Of a stretch of 64,000 bases of DNA, positions 11,762 through 25,726 are shown in pieces (the stretch's first letter is position 1; every line of letters begins with the position of its first letter). The position numbers and the translations under genes are program-made. Origin of the DNA: Eledone cirrhosa (lineage: Eukaryota); the NCBI GenBank assembly GCA_964016885.1, contig OZ024740.1, positions 38,378,001-38,442,000 of the forward strand, in the 5' to 3' direction. The notes beneath the pieces were generated by a model, which was not told the DNA's origin, made no database searches, and saw only the letters and a list, made by a program, of their open reading frames with translations.

Positions 11762-11888
11762 AATATGGTTTTATAAAGATATTTTCCATTTATTAATATT
11801 ATTGATATTATACTCCAGAAGAATACTGTTGAGTGCTTCTAATCTGTTATAAATTAACTTTGTTGAATAATCAACAAAACAAATAACT

Positions 11889-11940
<52 letters not shown>

Positions 11941-12230
11941 TTACTAGGCTAACAATATATAGTGTAGTGTAATTTGGTAAAGAATACCAAAAGATCGAAA
12001 AACATTCAATCTGTGGGATGAGTTGTGGTATATATTACACTAAGTATGTTGTCATTTAGCTACACATGTTTCTTTGGCTGCATAGTTCAGATTTTTCTGA
12101 TTCAGGCCCCAAATCCTCAACCTGTGTTGACACCTATTATTACAGTTATGAGGTGTACAATCAAAAAGCTCCTATCACAATTCTAAAAGAAAGTACACCA
12201 ACACTCCAGTAAATAATATATTTCATATAA

Positions 12231-15200
12231 TCATCATCATCATCATCATCATCAACGTTTAACGTCCGTGTTCCACGCTTGCATGGGTTTGGACGGGGGT
12301 ATTCCCACTTGAGGCAAGAGTGATTGTATTTTGTTAGAGATGCCTACTGGCTGTAGTAGGTTTTACTATGTATTTAGGTAAGGCGGGTCTTCTCTGTTAC
12401 TGAGTACCGCCAAAGGTCTTGGTCCAGTGACATTGTCTTGGAGAGGTGTAAGTGTGTGAGGTCGGAGTTTATCAGCTCGTCCCGGGTTTTTCTAGGTCTG
12501 CCTATTCCGTGGCTACCGTCTATCTTTATTGCCCTGCACTTTGTTATACAGCTATCGACTTTCATGCGCATCACGTGTCCATACCAACGTAGCCTTCTCT
12601 CGAGTAAACAACATCTGATCCCTCTTATTTCTAATTTTTTCCTTAGTTCGTTTATGCTTTGCCGTTCACGTATATTACTGTTACACATCCAGCGGAGCAT
12701 GCAAGCTTCGTTCCTCTCTAGTCTGCGTATATCCTCTGCACACAATGCCCAGGTCTCACTGCCATGCAACATTGCTGTTCGTATGCAGGCATCATACAAC
12801 CTGCCTTTTATTTTTAGGGAGAACCCTTTAGCAGCTAATAGTGGTATAAGCTCTCTGAACTTTTTTCAACCAGTTCTGACTCTAGCTACTGTACTTTCAG
12901 AGCACCCTCCCCCACTGCTGATTTTATCGCCCAGGTAACGGAAGCTGTCCACTATTTCTATAGAACCCTCTGCGCAATTGAAAGAGCTAGTATTTTGTGG
13001 GCACTTGCTGCTACTTATTGCACCAGAGCACCGGCCACATGTAAAATCTATGTTCTTAGTTAGCTTACCTGTGATCCCACTACATCTTTTATGCACCCAT
13101 ACTTTGCATTTGGGACATAAAATGGAGTTTCTACCGACGCCTTTCCTACACACTGAGCATGACCATTTCCCAGAAGGGACCGCCGCCTTATTTTCTTTCC
13201 TACAAACTAGAACTTTAATCTTAGCCAGGTTAATTTTAAGGCCTTTTGATTCTAGGCCGTGCTTCCATGTTTGGAATTTCTTCTCTAGCTCGGCCATTGA
13301 TTCAGCTATGAGTGTCAGGTCGTCTGCGTATAGGAGTTCCCATGGGCAGCCGGTCTTGAACTCCTCTGTTATAGCCTGAAGGGCAATAATAAATAGTAGG
13401 GGGATGAGAACAGAGCCCTGATGGACGCCAACTTTTACGCTAAACTCTTCACTATATTCGTTGTTAATTCTAACCTTGCTGACTGTTTCTTTATACATGG
13501 CTTGTATAACTCTCACAAGCCATTCGTCAACACCTAGTTTTCTAAGAGCCCACCAGATAATGGAGCGGGGGACTCTGTCAAAGGCTTTCTCCAAGTCGAC
13601 AAAAGCTAAGTAGAGGGGTTTACCTTTAGCTAGGTACTTCTCCTGTAGTTGTCGTACAATGAAAAGAGCGTCTGTGGTACTTTTGCCTGACACAAACCCG
13701 AACTGCATTTCATCGAGGTCAATTCTCTCTCTGATTAGTTGCGCTATTACTTTTTCCGTGACCTTCATGACCTGGTCGATTAATTTAATGCCTCTATAGT
13801 TACTCCTATCTGGCGCATCTCCTTTACCCTTATAACAGTTAACGATGATGCTGCTATGCCAGTCCTTCGGAACAACCCCATTCTGTACGACTTGGTTAAC
13901 TATGCGGGTGACCATGGTGTGTCCCACCGTGCCAGATGCCTTCAGCATCTCCGCAACTATTTCCGAAGGCCCAGCCGCCTTACCTGTCTTCATATCCTTC
14001 ATTGCCTTACTTATTATACTCCCCTCGACTAACACTGCTGGTCCCTCTATTGGGTCGATGTGGGGGAGACTGTCTTTCTCTCATTTATTCTCCTCATTTA
14101 GTAGCCTTTCATAGTGACACTTCCAAGCTACCTTCTTATCAACGTCGGTGATGGCAAGTACGCCGTCATCATTAAGTACACACTTCTCCCCGACAATATC
14201 ACGGTTTTCTTTGACGCATTGCCTAGCAATCCTGAACACCTCACGTTTTTGGTCCTCGCGTTGTAGAACATGCTTGAACTTTCTTTCCTCTGCTTCCCTT
14301 CTTGCGAAGTACACTTGTCTCCTAGCTTCCCTCCTGGCCACTTGATTGTCTTCTCTACTTCCCCCATCCCGCCATACTTTCCAAGCCTGCTTTTTGGCCT
14401 TAATTGACCCCTCCACCTTACTGTTCCACCACCATGTTACTCTCCTCCTGCCTACAGGCCTGCTCCAGCCACAGACTTCGTCTGTCGCCATCAGCAGGTT
14501 TGCTTTCAGAAATTCCCACTGTCCCTCTATATTGTCCGACTCTAAATGCTCTTCCTTACTGTCGAAAGCATCAAGTAATATGCTTTGAAATTTATTTATT
14601 TATGGCTGTGGGGTCCTTTAGCTTCCATATTTTTCTCCTGAGGATAGTCCTCTTCTGCTGTCGAGTACGTCTCGTCCTGACTATGAGGTCGCTAATTATC
14701 AGTCTATGTTGGGAGGTGCATTCTTCATGGGGGAGGGATTTAGTGTTTACAACAGACACTCTGTCACGTCTTCTGGTAAGGATATAATCTACCTGGCTTG
14801 TGTGTTCCCCGGATCTATAGGTGATCAGGTGATTGTCACGTTTTTTGAAGTTAGTGTTACAGATAGTTAGGTTATTTGCGTCACAGAATTCCAGGATTCT
14901 GGAGCCTTCCTCATTTCTAGTACCAAACCCATAGCCTCCACGGATTTCGTCGTAGCCGTCACAATGTTGTCCAACGTGACCATTTAGGTCGCCTGCAATA
15001 ATTATATAGTCACTGTCGGTTATTTGGGAGGTAGTGAGCATCAGTGTCTCATAGAATCTGTCTTTTATAGTGCCGGGCAGTCCGGATTGGGGTGCGTACG
15101 CAGATATTACTGTCACCGTAGTTCTATTGAGGACAAGTCATATTTTAATTATTCTGTCGTTCACTCTATTTACGTCTATTATCTTATCTGCCCACTTTTC

Positions 15201-15272
15201 TGCTACCATGATTCCTACTCCACCCAGCCCATCGTCGTTTCCCACCCAGAAAAGCTTATAACATCGTTTTTT
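12231..15272 (-). mobile_element. RTE-clade LINE, copy 1 (5'-truncated; APE endonuclease plus RT with PHD insert; inactivated)
   Basis: APE motifs ISAYAPQ, GDLNGHVG, SQVDYIL, SQHRL. RT motifs FVDLEKAFDRV, GVHQGSVL, LLYADDL, FRYLG. (CAT)n tail at 12231-12253. TGG>TGA stops at 12866 and 14081 and a frameshift near 14592. Confidence 0.95.
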
Positions 15273-15384
15273 ATATAATATCTATTTATATTCAGACATC
15301 ATTCTCCTCAAAGTAGTCCTCTCAGAAAGATACAGAGATCCCAACGCGTCTTCTAGGCTTCAAAATTTTCATGGAATTCCTCTT

Positions 15385-15722
15385 CCTGAAACCAACCACT
15401 TTACAGAGTGTACTAGGTGCATTTTATCATGACACCAGCACTACCACTTTACAGAGTGTAGTGAGAGCATTATATGGCACTAGCACTACCACTTTACAGT
15501 GTGCACTGGGTATGTTTTATTATAGCACTAGCACTACCACTTTACAGCACGTGTGGAGTGTATTTTAACATGACAACAGCACTACCACTTTACAGAGAGT
15601 ACAGGGTGCATTTCATCATGCCACCAGCACTGCCATTTTACAGAGTGTACTTGGTGTATTCTATTGTGACACCTGCACTACCACTTTACAGAGTGAATTG
15701 TGTGTTTTATTGTGGCACTAGC
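15385..15722. repeat. Tandem amplification of a ~48-bp RTE/SINE 3'-UTR-like segment
   Basis: Repeated CACTACCACTTTACAGAGTGTACTGGGTGCATTTTATCATG units; a similar array lies at 31610-31760. Confidence 0.7.
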
Positions 15723-16185
15723 TCTAGGGGGGATTGTTATACGCTTGACTAGACTCACCATAAAGCCAATAACTTCTGGTGCAGTGATAGTACTGGTGAT
15801 TAGATTAGTAACTTGAAAACAGCAGTAGTGATAGATATGTAAGTAGTTATTCTGTGTTGGTTACAAAGTGTATCTCCCTTTGTACTAACAGCAGATTGTA
15901 AGATTGCAAGACATTGTTGGCATTAAGTGATCACAATCTCCAAAGTGTTACAAGAAATGAGGTCAGCATCATCTATTACATGTATAGAATGTGTCCAAGC
16001 ATTAAAGACATCTGTCAATGTATGTAGGAGAAGAAACAACAGTATTGTGGAGATCTAGTGTGAATGGATGATGAGTGGAAGACAAACAAAGTGTATGTGT
16101 TGGTGAAGAGTGGGTGTTCATGGAAAATGTATAGTAAGAAAGATATGGGAAGAAGTGATATCATATCTCAGGAGACCGAACAGGA

Positions 16186-17222
16186 AATGAAAGGACTAAA
16201 GAAGGATATAAAAGGACTAAAGAAGGATATGAAAGGACTAAAGAATGATATGAAAGGACTAAAGAATGATATGAAAGGACTAAAGAATGATATAAAAGGA
16301 CTAAAGAAGGATATGAAAGGACTAAATAATGATAGGAAAGGACTAAATAATGATAGGAAAGGACTAAAGAAGGAAATGAAAGGACTAAAGAAGGAAATGA
16401 AAGGACTAAAGAAGGATATGAAAGGACTAAAGAAGGATATGAAAGGACTAAAGAAATATATAAAAGGACTAAAGAAGGATATGAAAGGACTAAAGAAGGA
16501 AATGAAAGGACTAAAGAAGGAAATGAAAGGACTAAAGAAGGATATGAAAGGACTAAAGAAATATATAAAAGGACTAAAGAAGGATATGAAAGGACTAAAG
16601 AAGGATATGAAAGGACTAAAGAAGGAAATGAAAGGACTAAAGAAGGAAATGAAAGGACTAAAGAAGGATATGAAAGGACTAAAGAAATATATAAAAGGAC
16701 TAAAGAAGGATATGAAAGGACTAAAGAAGGATATGAAAGGACTAAAGAAGGAAATGAAAGGACTAAAGAAGGAAATGAAAGGACTAAAGAAGGATATGAA
16801 AGGACTAAAGAAATATATAAAAGGACTAAAGAATGATATGAAAGGACTAAAGAAGGATATGAAAGGACTAAAGAATGATATGAAAGGACTAAAGAAGGAT
16901 ATAAAAGGACTAAAGAAGGATATAAAAGGACTAACTAAAGAAGGATATAAAAGGACTAAAGAAGGATATGAAAGGACTAAAGAATTATATGAAAGGACTA
17001 AAGAAAGATATAAAAGGACTAAAGAAGGATATGAAAGGACTAAAGAATGATATGAAAGGACTAAAGAAGGATATGAAAGGACTAAAGAATGATATGAAAG
17101 GACTAAAGAAGGATATGAAAGGACTAAAGAAGGATATGAAAGGACTAAAGAATGATATGAAAGGACTAAAGAAGGATAGGAAAGGACTAAAGAAGGATAT
17201 AAAAGGACTAAAGAATGATATG
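16186..17222. repeat. 21-bp purine-rich minisatellite (~49 copies)
   Basis: Unit ATGAAAGGACTAAAGAAGGAT, which reads as MKGLKKD heptads; 4-bp slip near 16931. Confidence 0.95.
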
Positions 17223-18392
17223 ACTAGAGATCATTATCATCATCACCATTTAATGTCTATTTTTCCATACTTTCATCGGTTAGACATGAAAAGACTAAAT
17301 GGATTAACAATATGCTATATATCAGAGTTATCTAAATCAAATCATCTTAGAAAAATACATGTTCAAATGTTGTTGTTGATGATGATAATAATGGTGTCAA
17401 AATACCAAATGTTGATGAGGATGATATCAAAATAGCAAATGATGATATCAAAATACCAAATGTTGATAATAATGATGATGATGTTGAAATACCAAAAGCA
17501 TGCATGGAAAGCAATGTAAATTAACATAACCTTTAAATATTAAACTACAACTATAGAAACATATCAGGTGTTATAAAGAAAAATTGAAATAGTAACAAAA
17601 CTGAAATCCATATTAACTTTATTATTCATTATTGGGCTTCTATGTGAAACCTATATACTTTACAATCCATATAGAAAGGTGTTTTTAATCTTTATATACA
17701 ATAATGAGATGATTAATCTACCTATGATATTTGTGTAAGAAAGGTAACAAACCAATCACTTCAAGAATCTGAATCTTTTTTAATTAATCTACCTGTGATA
17801 TTTGTGTCAGAAAGGTGGCAATCTAATCACATGAAGGATATATATCTTTGTTGGTATTGGCACTCTGTTGGGTCTGATGACTTCTGTTCTAGTTGTTCTA
17901 CCAACATAACCGTCTGCTCAATAAAATAATGGGCAAGTGGCTCAGCTTTCTACAGACATGCATACCTTTAACACATTGTGTGATAAAGATGGTCATTTGA
18001 ATTACAAGTACAACTAATTTTTACCTGTTGAGTGAACTGGAGCATTCTGAAATAAAGTGTTTTTCTCAAGGACACAATGTACCACCAGAAATCGAACTCA
18101 CAACCTTATGATTGTGAAATGAACACCCTAACCACTAATACAAGCAGCTTTATATCTTTATCTATGAACATTCAAATAATATAATAAATGACATGTTTGA
18201 TATTGCAATAAAAAAGAGAAGGAAGTTAACTAATAAACAAGAACCGATATGTATTATATTTCACTACTATTCATAATCTACTATTTTATCTAAAATTAAA
18301 ACATATAACTTTAAAGTTAGTAAAAATTTTGGAGAAAACAAAATGAAGAAATGATATTTAAACTGAAGCTAACATACCTTGAAAATAATAAT

Positions 18393-18424
<32 letters not shown>

Positions 18425-18971
18425 CTGTGTTTTTCTCTGGAATTTTATATATAATCAGATAGACAACGTTAGTAGGTTTTTTTTTAGTTTCAATGGAGCT
18501 TCTTCTTAAAGATAGATTTGAAGGATTGTTTCTTTGATGGTGAAAGTAACTCCTATCAGGTGAAGTAAGCAGGTAAATTTCAATGGCCAGGTGTAAGCCA
18601 ATTAACTTGGCTACCACTAGATTAGTAGCATACACTAAACAGAAAATAGTTTGCATACACAGTGACAATGATTGGTGGTAATAATGGGCTTGAAAGATGC
18701 CAACCGTGTTTCTCACCTGAAATCCCTGGCATTAACAGCTGGGAATGTTACACAGGTAATATGACAGGTGTTTGATAGAACCATGACAGAGCTGAAGAGT
18801 TATTTTTGATTACTGAGATATTCTAATATATCCTACCATTGCTGCTAACAGGGAAAACAGACATTAAATGATGATAATGATGATGATGATGAAGTCAAAT
18901 ATTGTCTCCTTTACATGTTCAACCATTGCAAGCAGGGAAAAATGGATATTAAATGTTGATGATGAAAATAG

Positions 18972-19002
<31 letters not shown>

Positions 19003-19254
19003 GGTTATGATGGTGTGTTGATGATGATGATGTCAAATATTGTCACCTTTATATCTCCAACCGTTGCTAGCAGGAAAAACAGACATTTAATGGTGATGAT
19101 GATGTCACACATGGTCAGTTTTAAGTAGTGATGGAGTGGTTGCAGTTGCATTACACAACTATAACCACAAAAATAAAACAACTTAATATTTTATTTCAAA
19201 ACTGAAGTTAAAAAATTATATATCTATAGGTATTGGGGAAGGTGAGTGGTTATA

Positions 19255-19856
19255 GATACACACTCACTCAGACACACACACACACTCACTCAGACAGACA
19301 GACACAAACACACACACACACACACTCACACAGACAGACACAAACACACACACTCACGCAGACAGACGAAAACACACAAACACACACTCACGCAGACAGA
19401 CGCAAACACACACACACACTCACTCAGACACGCAGACAGACACACAAACACACACCAACATACAAACACAACATTCACAGACATACTCACTCCCACACAG
19501 ACACAAACACACTCTCTCTTGCGCATACATATAGACAACATTCACACACATACTCACACACACACACACATATACACACTCACTCACCCAAATACACACA
19601 CATTCACACACACACACGCACACCCATAGACACATACACACACACATATTAGGTCATTTCATTATATTAACCACGGCCATTGCTAGAAGGAAAGACATGT
19701 TAAATGATGGTAAGTCAAAATAGTTTTACATCTTTCAAAGCTGTATTCAGTCCAACACACAAAAAAGAGAGAGTTGTGTGTGAGTGTGTGTGCATGTGCA
19801 TGTATGTGTGTGTATGCACGTGTGTGTGTGTATATATGTGTGTGTGTGTGTGTACA

Positions 19857-19903
<47 letters not shown>

Positions 19904-19982
19904 ATGTATGTGTGTGTGTCTGTGTGTATGTATGTATGTATGTATGTATGTATGTATGTATGTATGTATGTGTGTGTGTGTG
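19255..19982. repeat. Compound (CA)n and (GT)n/(GTAT)n microsatellites in opposing orientation
   Basis: CA-rich tract at 19255-19648 and GT-rich tract at 19775-19982. Confidence 0.9.
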
Positions 19983-20993
19983 AGAGAGCTTTATTAACCC
20001 TTTATCTTAAGGCTACCACCCTCGTCCTGCTCTGATATGTCTTCCACCTCATGGTCCCAGCTGACAGACTGGAGAAGACATTGCCCCGGAGGATGGCAAA
20101 GGAGACACGCTGGAACAGCCATGCAACCTCACGGACTTCACACCTTCGGCCGTGAACTCTACTCCAATAGCAGTGAGCAGGGATGTAGTCCAGGGCAAAT
20201 AATATCAGAAGTCTCCATTGTTACAGGCTCAACCATCTATAGTTTCTTTAATGTTATCTTTTTATTGTATAATGTTGTTCAGTGAATGTATGTGGCTTAG
20301 TGGTTAGGGTATTCAGCTCATGATCTGAAGGTCATGAGTTCGATTCCCAGTGACATGTTGTGTGCTTCACATTGCTCCAGTTCACTCTGCTAGTAAAAAT
20401 GTGTTGTACCTGTAATTTGAAGGACCAGCCTTGTCACATTCTGTGTCATGCTGAATCCCCCTGAGAACTACATTAAAGGTATGCATGTCTGTGAAATGCT
20501 CAGTCAGTTGTACGTGGAATTATATAATGTCTTTCATATAACATCTCCATCTCTTCATTCTTTCTTTTCTTTTCTCCTTGTTACTATTATACCCATATTG
20601 TGGGCAGGGTATTGGCAGAATTGGTTGAGCATTGGAAAATATGCTTTGCAGCATTTAGTTATGGCCCTTTACATTCTGAATTCAAATTCTATCAAGGTTA
20701 GCTTTGCCTTTCATTGTTACACGGTTAATAAAATGTCACACAATCCAGAATGTACTGATTGCAAAATGGACTTCTTAACCATGAATAATTAACAATCTGA
20801 TTGACTATCTGAAAATGTCATTTTGAATGTATATGAGATAAATAAATAAATATCTATATAGTAATAATAACAAAGGAATTGTGGTAAGGAACCAGATGTA
20901 CCATAACGCACCAGAGTACTCAATACTTAGGGTAGTAGAGTGGGAAATAGTATGACCCTGACGGCAGAGCTCAAGCCGTTTCGGCGGCTATTT

Positions 20994-21208
20994 CTAGTAA
21001 TAATAATAAATATGAAGACTAAAATCCAAAGAGGGTTCAATAAGGATAAATATATATCAAATATATAAGAACCCTAGAGCAAATATTTATTAAAATAACA
21101 GATTAAAGTTTAAGCAAAGAATCGCTGCTTTCACCCTTCAGAAGATCCCGTCAAGGGTGAAAGCAACGATTCTTTGTTTAAACTTTAATCTGTTATTTTA
21201 ATAAATAT
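20994..21208. mobile_element. Solo inverted pseudo-LTR of the same Penelope/Naiad family as 22963-26732
   Basis: 20994-21138 is nearly identical to 22963-23105. It folds back with 21153-21208, contains the CAGAAGA...GAAA motif and ends in (TA)n. Confidence 0.85.
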
Positions 21209-21222
21209 ATATATATATATAT

Positions 21223-22310
21223 TGATGCAGAGATTACACACAACAACACAGAAAATTCTGAAGTTCACAAAAGATACGTTGGTATGGTGCAAGATTTATT
21301 TTACATTGCACCAGTTCACTCAGCTCAAGAAATGAGTTGCAGCATTTTGTCCACTAGTGATGCTGCAACTCATTTCTTGAGCTGAGTGAACTGGTGCAAT
21401 GTAAAATAAATCTTGCACCATACCAACGTATCTTTTGTGAACTTCAGAATTTTCTGTGTTGTTGTGTGTAATCTCTGCATCAGTATGGTGCAAGATTGTT
21501 TTAAACAACATTTCTACACACATCTCCATTCCTTCAGGAATCCTAATGTGAGAACCAGTACAGCCCTGGTGAACAAAGTCTAGCAATTAAAGGAGAAAGG
21601 AGTTCCATATAAGATCTCTTGGAAGATACATGAAAGATCCACTCCTTACAGCAACGGTACCAAGAAATGTTGTTACTGTCTGAATGAGAACTTTAGGATA
21701 TTACAAGGTTTGTCATTTCTGAACAATATTTACTTGAACTCAAATTTTTAGAGGATGTCTCCATCTCAAAACCTAACTGCTTGCTAAGTGGAAATATTCA
21801 ACAAATTTGACTGATTTTCTACTCACCTTAATTTGATTTATATACTTCTGTTATATCTTTTCTTTGTATTTCTCTTACATAATACAATACACTTTCTACA
21901 CTACTATACCCGATACCTCAATATATATATTACCTTCTTTATATTACAGTCCACCACATAATACAATACTTCTGCTAGAGTATACAAGCACAAGCATGTG
22001 GTTGAACTCATAATTCATATTTACATCTTGAAGTTATTTCCATTTGTTTTTTTATGCTATCTTTCATAAACATGCGTTCTTAGCAAAATTTACTTTTACT
22101 GGTATCTTATAAACTCATATTAGTGCCTGAAGAAAGGTCACTATTAGGATCCCTCTTGCTTTTTGGAAGTAGGAACAAATTTGGACCTTGAACCTTGGGT
22201 AGTGATTTTGTTCCGTGTATGAACATAACATAATATTTCGGTTCTCTTTCTGATTGAGCATTGTTTTCCTTTTCACATCTACGGATAATGCTACATATAC
22301 AATATATATA
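21223..22310 (+). mobile_element. Older Penelope/Naiad 3' fragment (GIY-YIG remnant interrupted by an inverted duplication)
   Basis: Translates DAEITHNNTENSEVHKRYVGMVQD|CFKQHFYTHLHSFRNP...K*..KISWKIHERSTPYSNGTKKCCYCLNE, alignable to the GIY-YIG domain of 24902-25726. Bounded by (TA)n. Confidence 0.75.
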
Positions 22311-22849
22311 TATATATAAAAAGGAATCGGACCGAGGAAACAATGTTTTCAGCGATCTTTCCAGTTGCTATCTATCGGTCGCAACTCCAGGTAGAAGGAG
22401 CAACGTGAAATAAAGTATCTTGCTCAAGGACATAACGCATCGCCCGGTCCAGGAATCGAACTCACAAATTCAAGATTGTGAATCCAATTCTCTAACCACT
22501 CTATATATATATATATTTATCATCATCATCATTTTATGTCTGCTTTTCCCTGCTTGCAAGGGTGGAACGGGAAATGATTCTGGCTTGATTTCTACAGCTG
22601 GATGCCCTTCCTAACACCAACCTCATTTAGAGTGAGTGCTGGGTGCTTTTTTGCCGTGGCACCTCCACGACCACTTTGCAGTGGAATGATATGGACCTCT
22701 GTCCCTATCATCTCATTTCTACAGCTGAGTAAACTGGAGCAATGTGAAATAAAGTGTCTTGCTCAAGGAAACAACACATCACCAGGTCTGAGAATTGAAC
22801 TCACCTTTCGATTGCAAGGCCAATGCTCTAACCACTAAGCCATGTGCCT

Positions 22850-22967
<118 letters not shown>

Positions 22968-23596
22968 ATAATAATAAAATTGAAGACTAAAATCCAAAGA
23001 GGGCTCGATAAGGAAAATATATATCAAATATATAAGAACCGTAGAGCAAATATTTATTAAAATAACAGATTAAAGTTTAAGCAAAGAATCGCTGCTTTCA
23101 CCCTTAACGGGATCTTCTGAAACTAACAAAGTCAATCTGTAAACGCAGAACTGGATATTTCAAAAAACGTTGCAACCGGAGGAAGACAGGAAGACGATAC
23201 TTTGGTTCGTGGAAACGTTCGCTGGCTAATAACGGGAAAAAACAAATAATACGTCATTAATAGGAACGGTGAAAAACAATTACGCGCAGAGACAGAACCA
23301 CGTTTATGGTATAATAGAGGTCGTAGACTAATGTTCTCTTAGGTGGTGCATAGAGACGTTCTCTGGCGATGAACGAAAAAAACGAAGATAATACGTCATA
23401 TGTGGCCCGTTAAGGGTGAAAGCAGCGATTCTTTGCTTAAACTTTAATCTGTTATTTTAATAAATATTTGCTCTACGGTTCTTATATATTTGATATATAT
23501 TTTCCTTATCGAGCCCTCTTTGGATTTTAGTCTTCAATTTTATTATTATTACTATTTGGCTCCTTCGGTTGAGCACTCTACTGACTTATATTCATC

Positions 23597-25726
23597 ATGC
23601 AGAAACAACATCTGAATATTTCTACAAAGAACATACCCGTACCAAGCAGGAAAACATACCTAAAACTCCTGATACAGAAAACAGACGCGTTCATTAAAAG
23701 GTTGCGTTGGCGTGCCTTTTATTTCGATAATCCGCGAAAAGCAGACAACAAACAGGATAAATTTGGATTTAAAACATATAATAACACTCCGTGGAACCCA
23801 GCATTGCTACCCTTCGAAAATGATGTCTTGGAACTCATTCGGAGTATCAAATTTCGGAATAGGAGCAATTCTTTCCAGCAAGACCTGAAGAATAGAATTC
23901 GTTCTATTAAGGATTCTAACGCCGTGCACGTCCATTCCGACAAAACTGGCAACCTATATCAAGTGGAGCGCAGTACTTACCATCAACTACTACATAATGC
24001 TGTAACTAAGGATTACCGTAAAACTAATTGGTGCGTCATCAATGAAATCAACGATGCTGGGTTTAAAATCACATCTGATCTCAACATCCTGGACCGGACC
24101 GAACCTCTGGACCCTATCTCTCCCCACTTTACCCTGAAGGATCACAAATCCAATTTTCCGAACAACCCCTCTATTCGGCTTATTAACCCTACGAAGTCCG
24201 ACTTAGGTAGACTTAGTAAAACGATTCTCGATAGAATTATACCTGAAATTAGAAGTTTGGCCCCTCTCGCACTGTGGAACAATTCTTTCGCGGTGATTGA
24301 TTGGTTCAACGACATATGTAACAAGGAACATTGCCGTTTTATCCAATTCGACATTAACAATTACTACTCCTCCATCACTTTACCACTTCTCCTTAGAGCT
24401 ATCAATTTCGCTAAAACACTCACAGTGGTTAAGGATTTCGAAGTTGATGTCATCCTTAATGCCCGAAAGTCGGTGATTAATTTCGACGACTCTATTTGGA
24501 TTAAAAAATCCAATAGTACCCCATTCGACGTGAGTATGGGCGCCAGTGACTCTGCGGAGGTTACTGATCTTATTGGCCTTTTCCTTCTTTTCTCTATCAA
24601 GGACGAATTCCCCAACGCGGGCGGTGGTTTGTACCGTGACGATGGTCTTTTGACCATGACTAAGTGCGGACCTCGTGCTTGCGACAGGTTCAGAAAAGAA
24701 CTCACAGCCTTCTTTAAAGGCTTCAACCTCTCTATACAGGTTGAGGCCAATCTCTCGGTCGTTAATTACCTCGACGTTACCCTTAATTTATTGAATGGGT
24801 TGTATTAACCGTATAGAAAGCCGAATGATACGCTTAATTACATAAGTAAGCATTCCAACCTTCCTGCCAGCATAACCAAGAACCTGGTAAAAAACGTTTC
24901 GTTGAGGCTTTCCCGTCTTTCCACCAACGAGCGCATTTTCAACGACCATTCCACTTATTACAATGAAGCTCTTGCTCGAAGTGGATTTGTTGATAAGGTA
25001 GCATATACAGAGTACGAAAATAGACCTAGAAGAAATAGATCCCGTCGCATTTGTTGGTTTAACCCACCATATAATATGGAGGTGGCCACGCCATTAGCTA
25101 AGATCTTTCTTTCCCTTATTACGAAGCATTTTCCCCCTACACATAAATATAGTAAAATTTTTAATAGAAATACTATTAAAATTTCTTACTCTACGACTCC
25201 TAACCTTGCACATAACATCACAGCTTCAAATTTAGCTAAACTACCTAGCCGTAGGAACACGTGCAACCCTGTAGTTAGTACTAACTGTAATTGTAGGAAT
25301 CGGGCTGATTGCCCCCTATCCGGGAAATGCCTCTCTAGTAACATTGTCTACAAATGTAAGGTTGTAACACCCACGTTCCGTAGGGCCTACATAGGGTTAA
25401 CCGCCAATAGTTTCAAGCAGCGTCTTTACATGCATACCCATTCTTTTCGTTACCCTCTAAGAAGGAATATGACGTCACTTTCAGCTTATATCTGGAGTCT
25501 AAAAGACAACCACACCCAATATAAGTTACACTGGGAGATCCTAGCTAGGGCTAGATCGTATAACGGAAATAAAAGACCATGTGACCTCTGCGCCACTGAG
25601 GCCCTGGAAATACTCTACGCCAGGGACCACATCTTAAACAAAAAATCTGAGGCAATTTCGGCTTGTAAACATAAATTGCACAAAACTTTCCTGTATTACA
25701 GCCCCACGTTATACCCTAACGGATAG
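23597..25726 (+). pseudogene. Penelope/Naiad RT-GIY-YIG polyprotein (709 codons) with a single in-frame TAA
   Basis: N-terminal KNIPVPS...FIKRLRWRA; DKT motif; RT motifs QFDINNYY, SMGASDS, LYRDDGL, YLDVTL; linker CNCRNRADCPLSGKC; endonuclease IVYKC...AYIGLT...R...CDLC..E...LN. TAA at 24806-24808 (LY*PYRKPN), with the frame continuing into ORF 24902-25726. Confidence 0.92.

Larger units (their letters stand above)
11449..11808. repeat. Fold-back element (~168-bp arms) with a hammerhead in each arm
   Basis: 11449-11617 is the reverse complement of 11640-11808 with few mismatches. Flanked by (TA)n. Confidence 0.92.

Noticed and set aside
12866-14083. In-frame TGA codons at Trp positions in RTE copy 1 suggesting an alternative genetic code
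   Set aside because: Copy 2 has TGG at both sites and its own different stop; these are independent decay mutations.
19233-20035. His/Thr- and Cys/Val-rich ORFs
   Set aside because: Translations of (CA)n and (GT)n microsatellites.
22121-22205. Hammerhead in the old Naiad fragment (CTGAAGA-AAGGTC...GACCTT-GAAC)
   Set aside because: Stem II is plausible but GAAA and stem I are broken; at most a decayed remnant.
24806-24808. Possible selenocysteine or readthrough recoding in the Naiad ORF
   Set aside because: Some Naiads reportedly recode UGA at Cys positions, but this stop is UAA in a non-Cys context (Y*PYRKP); a simple nonsense mutation is more likely.
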